From Mizuhopecten yessoensis (lineage: Eukaryota): 64,000 nucleotides of DNA. The notes beneath the pieces were generated by a model, which did not search any database, was not told the origin of the DNA, and saw only the letters and a list, made by a program, of their open reading frames with translations. Each line of letters begins with the position of its first letter. The stretch's first letter is position 1. The stretch spans positions 316,300 through 380,299 of the forward strand of contig NW_018408848.1 in NCBI RefSeq assembly GCF_002113885.1. Direction: 5' to 3'. The position numbers and the translations under genes are program-made. Below are positions 1 through 13,700 of the stretch, in pieces.

Positions 1-345
1 CAATTGTATTGATATTGAATTGTGGAATAAAATTGAAGTGTTTGTTAAAATTTCAAAGTACTACTTTGTTTGCCAATCAGCACGCGACAATACGCTGTTC
101 AAACTATTGAACGAAATTGTGTGGACTGTCGATAAGGCGGATTATGTTATTCGCTTGCAAAGCTGTGTCATTCAAATAGATCATAAATACCATACAAAAC
201 AGTTCAATGCTTAAGTAAACAGTGTTCAGAAACAAACGTAGAAATGCAGCAAAAAGACACGACGGCTTAATTACAAGTATATCGTGTATGACCGTTCCAG
301 AATAAAAAAAGAAAGAATGTAAAGGTGTTTTTTTTCAAAATATTA

Positions 346-958
346 CCATAACGGAGCATGAAAAAGCGTGAGTACAATAACGGAGCAAAATAACTGAGCA
401 TGAAAAAAGCGTGAGTACAATAATGGAGCACAATAACGGAGCATGAAAATAGCGCGAGTACAATAACGGAGCATGAAAATAGCGTGAGTACAATAACGGA
501 GCACAATAACGGAGCATGAAAATAGCGTGAGTACAATAACGGAGCACAATAACGGAGCATGAAAAAAGCGTGAGTACAATAATGGAGCACAATAACGGAG
601 CAAGAAAATAGCGTGAGTACAATAACGGAGCACAATAACGGAGTATGAAAAAAGCGTGAGTACAATATCGGAGCACAATAACGGAGCATGAAAATAGCGC
701 GAGTACAATAACGGAGCATGAAAATAGCGGGAGTACAATAACGGAGCACAATAACGGAGCATGAAAATAGCGTGAGTACAATAACGGAGCACAATAACGG
801 AGCATGAAAATAGCGTGAGTACAATAACGGAGCACAATAATGGAGCATGAAAATAGTGTGAGTACAATAACGGAGTATGAAAATAGCGTGTGAGTACAAT
901 AACGGAGCACAATAACGGAGCAAGAAAATAGCATGAGTACAATAACGGAGGATGAAAA
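346..958. repeat. Minisatellite, composite 43-bp unit (30-bp CAATAACGGAGCATGAAAATAGCGTGAGTA + 13-bp CAATAACGGAGCA)
   Basis: Visible periodicity; explains ORFs 267-971, 335-967 and 343-942. Degenerate monomers resume at ~1568-1615 after the LINE fragment. Confidence 0.95.
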
Positions 959-963
959 TGATA

Positions 964-1552
964 TCATTCATTCATTCTTTATTATCTTAATCCTTGCGGT
1001 TTATCAGGACAGTGCATATATACAGTACATATATATACAAACAAGGAATACAACCTTCCGACCATGCATACACGATAAAATTACAGAGAAAGTGTAGAGA
1101 GTGATTCCTTTAATCTAAAACAGTATTGCATTTCCTTTTTTGACATTGATACAGATATTTGGCTAAATTAGACAGTTCTTTATTATTTCTTGTTGTCATC
1201 AAATTTAAAAAAAATATGCCATACTAGGTTTTTTATGATAATATTTTTTAATGAAACGGTTTCTTAAATCAGTATAATGACTACATCTAATAATAAAATG
1301 ATACTCGTCTTCAATATCACCAGTGTTAAAATATATACAAATTCTATCTTTTCTCTCTAAGCCATGACATCTACCCGTTTCATTATTCAACGCATGCGAT
1401 GACAACCGAATTTTAGCAATTTGTTTTATGTTTTGTAATCCAATAGGTTTAATTAAATACTGTTTAAGACAAAAAATACCACAGATCCATTTATAAAGAG
1501 AACACTTAGTAGACGAATTAATATAATGGCATGCATTCTAATTTAATAATAT
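964..1552 (-). mobile_element. 5'-truncated non-LTR retrotransposon 3' end (RTEX/CR1-group-like ORF2 C-terminus)
   Basis: Minus frame reads INSSTKCSLYK...LKQYLIKP...KIRLSSHALNNETGR...DRICIYFNTGDIEDEYHFIIRCSHYTDLR, a typical ORF2 C-terminal motif (RLSSH..GR..R.C..EDE.HF...C..Y). It ends in AATAAA followed by a (GAAT)n tail at 964-983. Confidence 0.85.
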
Positions 1553-1759
1553 TTAGAATTTGACCTTCATTACGGAGCATAAAAATAGCATGAGTTCAAT
1601 AAAGGAGTATGCAAATATTAATGATGTATTTGTTGATTTGTTTAATTCACCTTTAAAAAAAAAAAAGAGACGGGATTGACAAGATGGTTTTGGAATAGAA
1701 TCAATGTTGGATTCCATTGAGAATTGTAATTTGTTGCATGTTTTAACAATGCTATTAGT

Positions 1760-3710
1760 CTTTATCCCTCGGTCACGGTAGGGAACTATTCTATTTGATT
1801 CTCCGTCATGGTAGGGAACACTTATATAAGTATTTGTCTCTCTATCAAGGTAAGGAAAAATTATATAAGTCTTTGTCTCTCTATCAAGGCAGGGAACAAT
1901 TGTATTAGTCTTTGTCTCTCTATCAAGGCAGGGAACACTTCTATTAATCTGTGTCTCTCTATCGAGGTAGGTAACACTTCTATTAATCTGTGTCTCTCTA
2001 TCAAGGTAGGTAACAATTGTATACGTCTTTGTCTCTCTATCAAGGTAGGGAACAATTATATAAGTCTTTGTCTCTCTATCAAGGTAGGGAACAATTATAT
2101 ATGTCTTTGTCTCTCTCTCGAAATAGGTAACACTTCTATTAGTCTGTGTCCCTCTATCAAGGTAGGGAACAATTGTATAACCCTTTGTCTCTCTATCAAG
2201 GTAGGTAACAATTGTATACGTCTTTGTCTCTCTATCAAGGCAGGGAACAATTGTATTAGTCTTTGTTTCTCTATCAAGGTAGGGAACAATTATATATGTC
2301 TTTGTCTCTCTATCGAAATAGGTAACACTTCTATTAGTCTGTGTCTCTCTATCAAGGTAGGGAACAATTGTATAAGTCTTTGTCTCTCTATCAAGGTAGG
2401 TAACACTTCTATTAATCTGTGTCTCTCTATCGAGGTAGGTAACACTTCTATTAGTCTGTGTCTCTCTATCAAGGTAGGGAACAATTGTATAAGTCTTTGT
2501 CTCTCTATCAAGGTAGGGAACAATTATATATGTCTTTGTCTCTCTATCAAGGTAGGGAACAATTGTATTAGTATTTGTCTCTCTATCAAGGCAGGGAACA
2601 ATTGTATTAGTATTTGTCTCTCTATCGAGGTAGGTAACACTTCTATTAGTCTTTGTCTCTCTATCAAGGTAGGGAACAATTATATAAGTCTTTGTCTCTC
2701 TATCGAGGAAGGGAACAAATGTATTAGTCTTTGTCTCTCTATCAAGGTAGGGAACAATTATATAAGTCTTTGTCTCTCTATCGAGGTAGGGAACAATTGT
2801 ATTAGTCTTTGTCTCTCTATCAAGGTAGGGAACAATCATATAAGTCTTTGTCTCTCTATCAAGGTAGGGAACACTTCTATTAGTCTGTGTCTCTCTATCG
2901 AGGTAGGTAACACTTCTATTAGTCTTTGTCTCTCTATCAAGGTAGGGAACAAATGTATTAGTCTTTGTCTCTCTATCAAGGTAGGGAGAAATTGTATAAG
3001 TCTTTGTCTCTCTATCAAGGTAGGGAACAATTGTATAAGTCTTTGTCTCTCTATCAAGGTAGGGAACAATTGTATTAGTCTATGTCTCTCTATCAAGGTC
3101 GGTAACAATTGTATAAGTCTTTGTCTCTCTATCAAGGTAGGTAACACTTCTATTAGTCTTTGCCTCTCTATCAAGGTAGGTAACACGTCTATAAGTCTGT
3201 GTCTCTCTATCGAGGTAGGGAACAATTATATAAGTCTTTGTCTCTCTTTCAAGGTAGGGAACAATTATATATGTCTTTGTCTCTCTATCAAGTTAGGGAA
3301 CAATTGTATTAGTTTTTGTCTCTCTATCAAGGCAGTGAACTATTGTATTATAGTCTTTGTCTCTCTATCGAGGTGGGGAACAATTGTATAACTCTTTGTC
3401 TCTCTATCAAGGTAGGTAACACTTCTATTGGTCTTTGTCTCTCTATCAAGGTAGGTAACAATTGTATTAGTATTTGTCTCTCTATCAATGCAAGGAACAA
3501 TTGTTTAAGTCTTTGTCTCTCTATCAAGGTAGGTAACACTTCTATTGGTCTTTGCCTCTCTATCAAGGTAGGTAACACGTCTATAAGTCTGTGTCTCTCT
3601 ATCAAGGTAGGGAACAACTATATTTGTCTTTGTCTCTCCGTCATTGAAGGGAAAAATTCTATAAGTCTGTGTCTCTCTATCACGGTAGGGAACAATTTTA
3701 TTTGATTCTG
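1760..3710. repeat. 39-bp minisatellite (TCTCTCTATCAAGGTAGGGAACAATTGTATTAGTCTTTG), ~49 copies
   Basis: Unit length is divisible by 3, giving 13-aa periodic ORFs on both strands (1808-3391 +, 1553-2839 -). Confidence 0.97.
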
Positions 3711-5459
3711 CTCTATACAGTTTCTATTTTCGATTCGACTTCAAGTTATGCTTTTCTGTTTGTGTGCTTAGGATCAGATATTTGTTTTCGGTTTTAATTT
3801 CACATACAACCTGTTATTATTGATGGTGTCTTTTAGTAATAAATGATAAAACTTCCAATTGTGAAAGCAATTCAACTAGAAACATGTTTTTTTATACGTT
3901 TTATTTTATATCGATCCTGTATAGTTATTAGCCACTTCGGCGTCAGTGGCATACACACTCGACAGTGCGGTACACCATACACATACACAGACACGCTTTT
4001 TACTCTCAGATAACATTGACTGTCTATTACATTTTTAATATTAACTTCAAGATAAAATCTAAGAAAACTTTTTTGTTTTATATAGTTTTCCTATTTGTAG
4101 CATCGTTAAAATAGTTCCGGTAGGAAATGAAATGTACATATCAACTGAATGTCAGATTATTATTTTTATTGTCATTGTATAATGTTACAATTATATGTAA
4201 ATGTTTCCGTTAAAGAAATGTTAGAGCTTGTACTTGTCGAGTACATATGCACTTTAAAGGCAGGAAGTGACTGCCCTTTGCTTTACAACACCTTTAAGCC
4301 ACAAAACACTAACGGTGATTGCAGGAATCATAGCATAAACTTGGTCGGCTCCATCAACCTCATCCGATTCGGTAGTAAGATCTTCCTCTCGTAATTGGTA
4401 ACGCCAGCTTGCAGCATTCCACACGTTCTTCTGTTCTTGTACAAAAGAATTAATATCAAGCAAACATAAGTCTGAGATTTGTACGAAAACATGGCTGTAA
4501 AATTGCAAATACAATCCCCAATATTGGTTCTTTTCTATAAAGTCACACACATATTTGACAAGTAGTAAACCACCATTTTTCGTCAAATTAACAAGTTCCA
4601 CAAATAAAAACAATATGTCTTCGTCGTAAATTTAACGTCGTACCATAAAATACTCATTTGCCATTTTGCGAAAGCCATTACAAATAGTTCGTTGTTAATC
4701 ACGACAACGTATTATTGCGCACCGTCACCAACAAAAAGAAAATAAACCCCTTATTGACGTGCCGTGATTTATAGAGACGCTGAGAACTGGAAATTAAGGA
4801 ATAGTATTGGATGACAAGAAATAAAACCCAAATTGATTGCAATCTACTTTATTGAATTAAACCGTAATTAAGTACACATTGTTCGCCGCAATGAGTGTTG
4901 AGCTGTTCCAATAACCAAGTCGGCCTGTGATATTGGAAGATGTTCAGCAAAAAAACACCATGTTTAACAAAACCCACACTACACTCACCGTGGATTTTAA
5001 TTTCACTCCAATAACAAGAAAAAACCTAAAAGAAACATTCTGTCTCTAGCAAATGACTGCATATATACAGATATTCCTCAGGAAAATAAACAGTTCAAGA
5101 TTTGTTCTTAATCACAGAGTTTTGTGTCATGAAATGCATTGCGTTGATATTTAAGTTTTTACACAACATGTTGACTATGGAATAGTGAAACTGCTTGGTA
5201 ATTTACTTTCATAAACATACAGGATTCAAACTAAATTGATTCGTACATCATTCAATATTTTTGTCTCATCATATCAAAACCGTTCTTTCGAACATAAGGC
5301 ATCGTGTGTGTATCGGTGAATATTAAGTCAATGATTCATAAAGTAATACAGTAAAATACCACTACAACCAATGTAGGCTATGAAAAGTCATGCAAATAAA
5401 AGTTGTCAATAACAAGTTTGATATACTATTACATCAATAATCACCGAAAAAAGTAATTA

Positions 5460-6172
5460 TGCTAATGAAATAATGAATTTATCAAAAAAATAGTTCATTT
5501 ATCAATGAAATAATGAATGTATAAATTAAATAGTACATCTATTAATGAATAAATGAATATATCAATGAAATAGTACATCTATCAATGAAATAGTACGTCT
5601 TTCAACAAAATAGTACATCTATCCTTGAAATAGTACGTTTATCAATAAAATAGTACATATATCAATGAACTAGTACGTTTTTATCAATAAAATAGTACAT
5701 CTCTCAATGAAATAGTACGTCTATCAATAAAATAGAACATCTATCAATGAAATAGTACATATGTCAATGAAATAGGACATCTATCAATTAAAAAGTACGT
5801 CTATCAATGAAATAGTACATCTTTCAATGAAAAAGTACATCTTTCAATGAAATAGTACGTCTATCATTGAAAAAGTACATCTATCAATGAAATAGTACAT
5901 ATATCAATAAAATAGCATATCTATTAATGAGATAGTACGTCTTTCATTGAAATAGTATATCTATTAATTAACTAGTTCATTTATTAATGAAATAGTACAT
6001 CTATCATTGAAAAAGTGTATCTATCATTGAAATAGTACATCTATCAATGAAATAGTACATCTATCAATGAAATAGTTCATTTATTAATGAAATAGTACAT
6101 CTATCAATGGAATAGTTCATATTTCAATGAAATAGTACATCTATCAATGAAATAGTACATCTATCAATGAAA
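5460..6172. repeat. 20-bp AT-rich minisatellite (ATCAATGAAATAGTACATCT), ~35 copies
   Basis: Visible 20-bp period; followed by a short duplicated AACTGATTTATGAGATAT.AAGTTAAC. Confidence 0.95.
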
Positions 6173-7579
6173 CTGATTTATGAGATATGAAGTTAACTTA
6201 TGTTTAACTGATTTATGAGATATTAAGTTAACGAAAATTATTTCGGTCATGTTTTCAATGAAATAGTTCAACATAATCGTAAAATATACTCATAAGAATA
6301 TGTTACTAATACGTTTACTATAAGGGAATTATTGACATGACTTTAAACAAAAACAAATGCATTTAGGATCCGAAAAATATATATACCATAAATATGTTTT
6401 TGTTCCTCAAGTGCCACTGCCTACACAACACTAAAACCGTTTCTGCTGTCAGAAACTTTTAGAAAAAAAAGCATGAATCGATGTCAAACAATTCTTTATT
6501 TGGATGGAAGCGATAACGTTTAAGATGTAATGGGCATCTTTAAGAAAGAGCTACGAGGGGAAAATAGTCTGGATTATTTCACGGTCTCACGTGCATTACG
6601 ACAGCACACCACAATGGAAAGACAACGTTTTAATGACACGCCTCTCAGGCACTAGGGCTTAAAGCCGGTTCCAAATGAGTGCAAATGTGTATGAATTACA
6701 TATTTAATACGGAAGTACTCGATTTTATCTTAATTGAAATCTTTTTGGCAAGAACATTAGCATTGTTTGCAATTTGAAAACAAAACATAATTTTAGTCAG
6801 TAATCAAAATATCGACTGTCAGTGTCACACGAAAGCTTGAATTAGATCAGTACTCTTGATAACTTATCCATGCCTGTCAAGCTCATAAAGGGTCCTCTTT
6901 ATAGATCATTAATTAATATAAATTTACCCGTATCAAGGAAATTAGTTTTTCATCAGACCTAATCCGGGAATTACATCAAATAAAAAGAGCCATTCCGGCT
7001 ACAGCTGTTGTAGTTATTATTTAAAATAAATGTCATATCAAGGATCGAACTTTTAAGTCAACGAAGAGAATGTTGCTATGGAAACATGCTGTTTTGCATT
7101 TACATTTTTATTGCAAGCTATTTTAAGAATATGTGTTTATAAAAAGTATTACATTTGGTATCGATATCTGTGGGAAAACTCTCGTTTAAATATTTCAGTT
7201 TTTGCAATCTGATATGATACAACTCCGTTACCATTCCTGTTCTCAGTTTAATACAATATTTTATTTTGACACATCAGTTATAATCGAACTTGAATACAAG
7301 GTGGTGTACACAAAATGTTCGACGAAAGATCGGAAAATAATACATTCCTATATCAAAGGCGACTGTATGGGGTGGTGCTTTTCACGAACAGTAATGACAA
7401 ACAGAGCACATATAACACAAGGCCGCTGTAGGTAAGTCAGCTAGGAGCTAACTAACATGCCTGGGATGCAGATATATTTTATAGCACACACTACTAACTA
7501 AATTAAATAAACATAACACGAAACATGAAGTGAAATCACGTAGTGACATAAATACAACTACATTGTGGAACAGTGTAAA

Positions 7580-7995
7580 GAACTTCCGGCCAACTTACCA
7601 ATGTAAAATAATAACTTCCGGCCAACTTATCAAAGTAAAATAGTAACTGCCGGCCAACTCATCAATATAAAATAGTAACTACCGGCTAACTTATTTATGT
7701 AAAATAGTAACTTCCGGCCAACTTATCAAAGTAAAATAGTAACTGCCGGCCAACTCATCAATGTAAAATAGTAACTTTCGGCTAACTTACCAATGTAAAA
7801 TAGTAAGTTCCGGCTAACTTACCAATGTAAAATAGTAAATTCCGGCTAACTTACCAATTTGAAATAGTAACTTCCGGCCAACTCATCAATGTAAAATAGT
7901 AACTTCCGGCTAACTTATCAATTTTAAATTGTAAGTTCCGGCCAAGGTATCAATGTAAAATAGTAACTTCCGGCTAACTTATCAATGTTAAATAG
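7580..7995. repeat. 32-bp minisatellite (AACTTCCGGCCAACTTACCAATGTAAAATAGT), ~13 copies
   Basis: Visible period; several units contain a perfect ETS core (CCGGAAGT on the minus strand). Confidence 0.93.
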
Positions 7996-8149
7996 TGAAA
8001 AACAAAACTGAGCCTCATAATCAGTGAAAAGAGCAAACTCGAACCTTACTTGATACAAAACATCATAAACAAAGGCACACTTAAATGAATAAATAAAAAC
8101 AGAATCAAACACAGCACATGTGGTCCTGAACATGTGGCAACCAATGGTC

Positions 8150-9850
8150 AACACAAAGTCCGATGTATTTAATTATGTTGGGCACTGGCATCTCATTGGT
8201 GGGAATCACGACGGTAACGGCCGCGTAATGTAATCAAAGTAGTCTTTAGGATTGCAAGCCGTCTAACTATTTAATCGGTCAACAGACCGCATTTTCCCAG
8301 AAAATAACTTACATTGTATGTCAAAACTTTCGACTTGTCATAATTCCTCACGCCAAACGTCTCTTGTCTCTTATACACACTCTATACTGCCCGCCAACCT
8401 AGGCTGTGCATTGACTTTACATTTGGCTGTCCATAGCGCAAAAATAAAGTAAGAAGAAACATTTCTATATTACCACTGTACAGCCTCTTCCAGTCCGGTC
8501 AAACTATACCACATTTCTAGTGTAACCGGCGACCAATCACGTCGAGACTTCTTATTTAAACATTGACGGAAATCCTCATATGGTTTCCGATTAACTTTTG
8601 TCAACTGACTGAACTGTTAATTATAGGAAACAAAGGTAGCCATGATACCATTTGGTTTAACAGTGAATTTAACACATATCACGAACCAAAGGCCCTGGTA
8701 CTCGGGAACGTCCATGCTTGTTCAGTGTACCACTCGTGTTACCAGCTACGATTTCTCCTGTAAACACAATGCATAGCGACCATATCCGTTTGATGGTTAC
8801 ACTTCCGAGTAGGAGACCCTCCCAAGCAAGTGACGTCAGCGCTCGTCTCTGCTTTTGTTTAATTTCATTAATAAATAAGATGAGACTTCCCAATCTGAAA
8901 ATGAAATAACTATTGCGAAATGCGACTCACTTGCCGGACTATTGCAACTTGTTGTAAGAGGGGAATGTTCCTAAAAGGTCAAGGTCATTTAAGTATCAGG
9001 ACAACTAATCATTATCTCTCACGCAATCGTTCCACGTTGTGTTTCAAAAATAAACCTTTGCCGTTAGAGTGTAATGAAAAAACTAGATGACGGAAACGAC
9101 CATGTCCAGACAGGCTTATTAAAACACAAACCCTTTCTAGATAACTTCAATTTGTAAGTGGATGGTTCGAAATCCATTTTGCTTTCGTGAAAGCTTTTTG
9201 TACCCGATGCAAGATTGTAAATGTGTGCCCGTCTTCTAAGATATCGACGGTGGAAAAATTAAACGAGTCACTGAGTTCTGACGTCCTGTAACCAAATTCG
9301 CATTAAAAACCACTCAATATCAGTTTCAACATATGTCAGGGTACATCGGGCGGACGGATCTGTTAATGCTCTGTCCGCTACCTATTTAGGGGTTTAGAAA
9401 GCTCCCGGGAAACGCTCATTTTAGCAAGCTGACTGTGAAATTACCAATAGAATAAAAGCATTAACGTGATTGAGACTGTGTAATCATGCAGTCTAAACGT
9501 ATCTATCAAGCGTTTTGGTGACCGTCAGAGTTTAATGGCTGATCGGAACTTATACAACTTATGGCTTGCCGCTGTCAGTCGAGAAAAGAAAGATGCCTTG
9601 CCTCCCGTTGAAGATTAACTGAAGCTAAGTTAGGCTTTCTCTAATATTAATTGATTTTTAATCAAAATTTGCGATAGCTGGCCGATTATGCTGCCAAGTG
9701 CGTTCCCAGAGGTTGTGACCGGAGAATGCAATAGTCAGGCGCTAACAAGCATGTCAATCTTCTTCTTCTGACCAATTTCACATTTAGTTATTTTTGTACC
9801 TATTACAGACCGTTTTCGCGGCTCTACGACTTCGGCGGAGAAATTTCTTG
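8150..9850. promoter_or_regulatory. CpG-enriched, repeat-free promoter/enhancer-like region
   Basis: More CpG than the flanks; CCAAT at 8533-8537 and palindromic CRE TGACGTCA at 8831-8838. No linked transcript identified. Confidence 0.3.
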
Positions 9851-10079
9851 TTGATGAATTGAAGATAGGTCAAATCGTTAGATATCAACTAGATATCTCC
9901 AACATTGATTCACGTTTTACCGCGGTGCTTTTTGTGCACACATGCATGTATTCATTGCAAACTCTTGGTTCTTTTTGATTATGTTTATTACAAGTACACC
10001 ACAATTTTCTCATGTTCGTCACATGTATGTTACAAACTCTCGGAACAATCGGATCATTACATGTGTATGTTACAAACAA

Positions 10080-11970
10080 TCGTGGGGTTCACGTTGTCTC
10101 GCTGGTTCACATACTGTTGTGTGATTCACGCTGTCTCTCTAGTTCCCGTTTTGTTGTAAGGTTTATACTGTTTCTCTGGTTCCCGTTTTGTTGCTGGGTT
10201 TACGCCGTCTCTCTGGATCCCGTTTTCTTGTAGGATTCACGCTGTCTCTCTGGTTCCCATTCTGGTGTGTGATTCACGCTGCCTCTCTGGTTCCTGTTCT
10301 GTTGTGTCATTCACGCTGCCTCTATGGTTCCCGTTTTTTTGTAGGATTCACGCTGCCTCTCTATTTCCCGTTCTGTTATGTGATTCACGCTGCCTCATTG
10401 TTCCCGTTCTGTTGTGGGGTTCACGCTGTCTCCCTGGTTCCCATTCTGTTGTGTGATTCACGGAGCCTCCCTGATTCCCGTTTTGTTGTAGGATTCACGC
10501 TGCCTCTCTGGTTCCCGTTCTGTTGTGTGATTCACACTGCCTCTCTGGTTCCCATTCTGTTGTGTGATTCACGCTGCCTCTCTGGTTCCTGTTCTGTTGT
10601 GTGACTCACGGAGCCTCTCTGGTTCCTGTGATGTTGTAGGATTCACGCTGTCTCTCTGGTTCCTGTTCTGTTGTTCGGTTCACGCTGTCTCTCTGGTTCC
10701 TGTTCTGTTGTAGGATTCACACTGTCTATCTGGTTCCCGTTTTGTTGTAGGATTCTCGCTGTCTCCCTGGTTCCCGTTCTGTTGTAGGATTTACGCTGCC
10801 TCTCTGGTTCCTGTTCTGTTGTTTGGTTATAGCTGTCTCTCTAGTTCTTGTTCTGTTGTGTGATTCCCACTGCCTCTCTGGTTCCTATTCTGTTGTTTGG
10901 TTCACGTTGTCTCTCTGGTTCCTGTTCTGTTGTTTGGTTCACGCTGTCTCTCCGGTTCCCGTTCTGTTGTAGGATTCAAACTGTCTCTCTGGGTCCCGTT
11001 TTGTTGTAGGATTCACGCTGTCTCCCAGGTTCCCGTTCTGTTGTAGTATTTACGCTATCTTATTGGTCTCCGTTCTGTTGCGTGATTCACGCTGTCTCTC
11101 TGCTTCCTGTTCCATTGTAGGATTCCCACTGTCTCTCTGGTTCCCGTTCTGTTGTAGGATTCAAACTGTCTCTCTTGTTCCCGTTCTGATGTTGGTTTTA
11201 CGCTATCGCATTGGTCTCCGTTCTGTAGTGTGATTTACACTGTCTCCCTGGTTCCCGTTTTGTTGTGTGATTCACGCTGTCTCTCTGGTTCCCGTTCTGT
11301 TGTAGGATTCACGCGGTATCCCAGGTTCCCGTTCTGTTGTAGGATTTACGCTATCTTATTGGTTTCCGTTCTGTTGTGTGATTTACGCTGTCTCTCTGGT
11401 TCCTGTTCTGTTGTAGGATTCACGCTGTCTCTCTGGTTCCCGTTCTATTGTAGGATTTACACAGTCTCTCTGGTTCCCGTTTTGTTCTAGGATTCACGCT
11501 GTCTCTCTGGTTCCCGTTTTGTTGTGGGGTTCGCGCTGTCTCCCTGGTTCCCGTTATGTTGTAGGATTCACGCTGTCTCTCTGGTTCCCGTTTTGTTGTG
11601 GGGTTCACGCTAACTCTCTGGTTCCTGTTTTGTTGTAGGATTCACGCATTCTCTCTGGTTCCTGTGCTGTGGTGGAGTTCACGCTGTCTCATTGTTCCCG
11701 TTCTGGTATGGGGTTCACGCTGTCTCATTGTTCCCGTTCTGTTGTAGGGTTTACGCTATATCTCTAGTTCACGGTTTGTTGTAGGATCCACGCTGTCTCT
11801 CTAGTTCCTGTTCTGCTGTGGGGTTCACGCTGTCTCATTGTTCCCGTTCTGTTGTGGGGTTCACGCTATCTCTCTGGTTCACGGTTTGTTGTAGGATCCA
11901 CGCTGTCTCTCTAGTTCCTGTTCTGCTGTGGGGTTCACGCTGTCTCATTGTTCCCGTTCTGTTGTGGGTT
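10080..11970. repeat. 37-bp minisatellite (TTCACGCTGTCTCTCTGGTTCCCGTTCTGTTGTAGGA), ~50 diverged copies
   Basis: Visible period; 35-bp deletion variants (CTCATTGTTCCC) cluster near the right end. Confidence 0.95.
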
Positions 11971-13622
11971 CATGAGTTCACACTGTTTTCCAGCTTTCGG
12001 TCCAATATCTTATAATGTCAACTTTGAGTTTGTTCGATTTCTTTTGTCCTTTTTGCTCCTGAATATTTCTTTTCTTCTTGTTAATAATGTAGGTACAAAC
12101 AAAATAACTGTCTTAAGTTAAAAACGAAACATTATAGATGTAAGGTTGAGAGTTGGAACCATGTACACATTTAAAGCACATAATGGCAGCAGGCGGAGTT
12201 GGGTATCCACGGCGAAGCTATATCCGTGGTATTAACATATCAGGTTTGCTATACAGAAGGTTAAACGAAGGATCAAAGATATGAACGGCCAATTTTCATA
12301 TACGTATACGCATTTCTGATCAGGTTTATATTTCAACTAACTACAGCAGCAGGTGTTCTTGTACGATTTTAGTGTGTAAGGTATAATTTCTCAAGCTCGT
12401 TTTAATATAACGGACCGCAATATTATACGGATGACGACAGCAAATGTCAGCAGCGGCCTCGTTATCATTTTATATTCCCCATATATATATGAATAAAAAT
12501 TCACACAATGCTATCAGTTTCCTTTATTTCAAGAATCAGTTTGAGATAAAACGGAGGAGCACTTAGTCTTGGGGACCAACAAAAGATTTCACAAAAAATA
12601 CTGAAAGTTGTGTTTTAAATTGTCGAAGAATAAGGGATCTGTTGGTGTATGCATACACCGTATAATACTTTGTCGTAATGATATAGAACTGTATCTTTAT
12701 AATGGGAAATTAATAAGCATAAGCCGGCAAATGACTAAGCAAGTGATATTAAAAAGAGGTTATTTGAAATGAAGGGATTTGTAGCATGTGTCTGGCTATG
12801 AATATGACCTTACTTGTGTTGCCATCAAAAGAATACAATGTTCTTTAAGAAAACACTCTGGTAGTGTTGACATTTTTTAAAGTCATGTCAAAGTGTTACA
12901 TAGACTGTTAACTATGTATATATGTAGTAACATATCAACTGATAGATGTCGAATTGGTACAGTGACATTTTATACACGTCTCAATACATTAAACGAATAA
13001 AAGGTAGTTCTGTTCTCTGAAATGTCAATATTTATAAGCATACGATATTAACTCCGAGCTCAATTTTCAATTAGGTCATACTTCTCAAGTGTACGGTACA
13101 GACTCTCGGTTAAATTAGGTCATGTTTATCTGCGGAGGTATGGGCTAACATTATCTTGAATTCAGATTATATTCAAAACAGAAAAGAATGCAGTTTGGAT
13201 AATACGTGAATGTTTATAATCGGTGGATGGTTAATGACCTCCATACTTTCCTTGGTGTTNGGGGGGGTCTGCCCCTGTCGACACGGCGTTCCGAATGTAT
13301 CCTTGCACCGACGCTGTGATATATGTTAATGGACATTTTGTACTTCCGGATTCGGGTAACGTTGACAACAACACTTAACTAAGTTTAATGAGTTAAAATC
13401 ATGACAGTTCATTATTCATAAGCACAATATATTTTGAATTGTACATACAAGAGGGAAATGAATTAACCAGATACGAACATAACATTCCAAATGAATTGCG
13501 TGTTTGTCAGTTTTGGAAGATAGAGAAAGAAATAATCGTGAAAATAAAGTTATACAAAATTTGCAAGAAAGCTAGCTATAAGTAGTGGTAGACTGGCAAA
13601 AGGTTATGGTAAAATGGGGGCA

Positions 13623-13700
13623 TAAGTAGTGGTTAGAATAGAGAAATAAGTAGTGGTTAGAATAGAGAAATAAGTAGTGGTTAGAATAGAGAAATAAGTA
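13623..13700. repeat. 24-bp tandem repeat x3 (AAGTAGTGGTTAGAATAGAGAAAT)
   Basis: Three identical copies. Confidence 0.9.
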
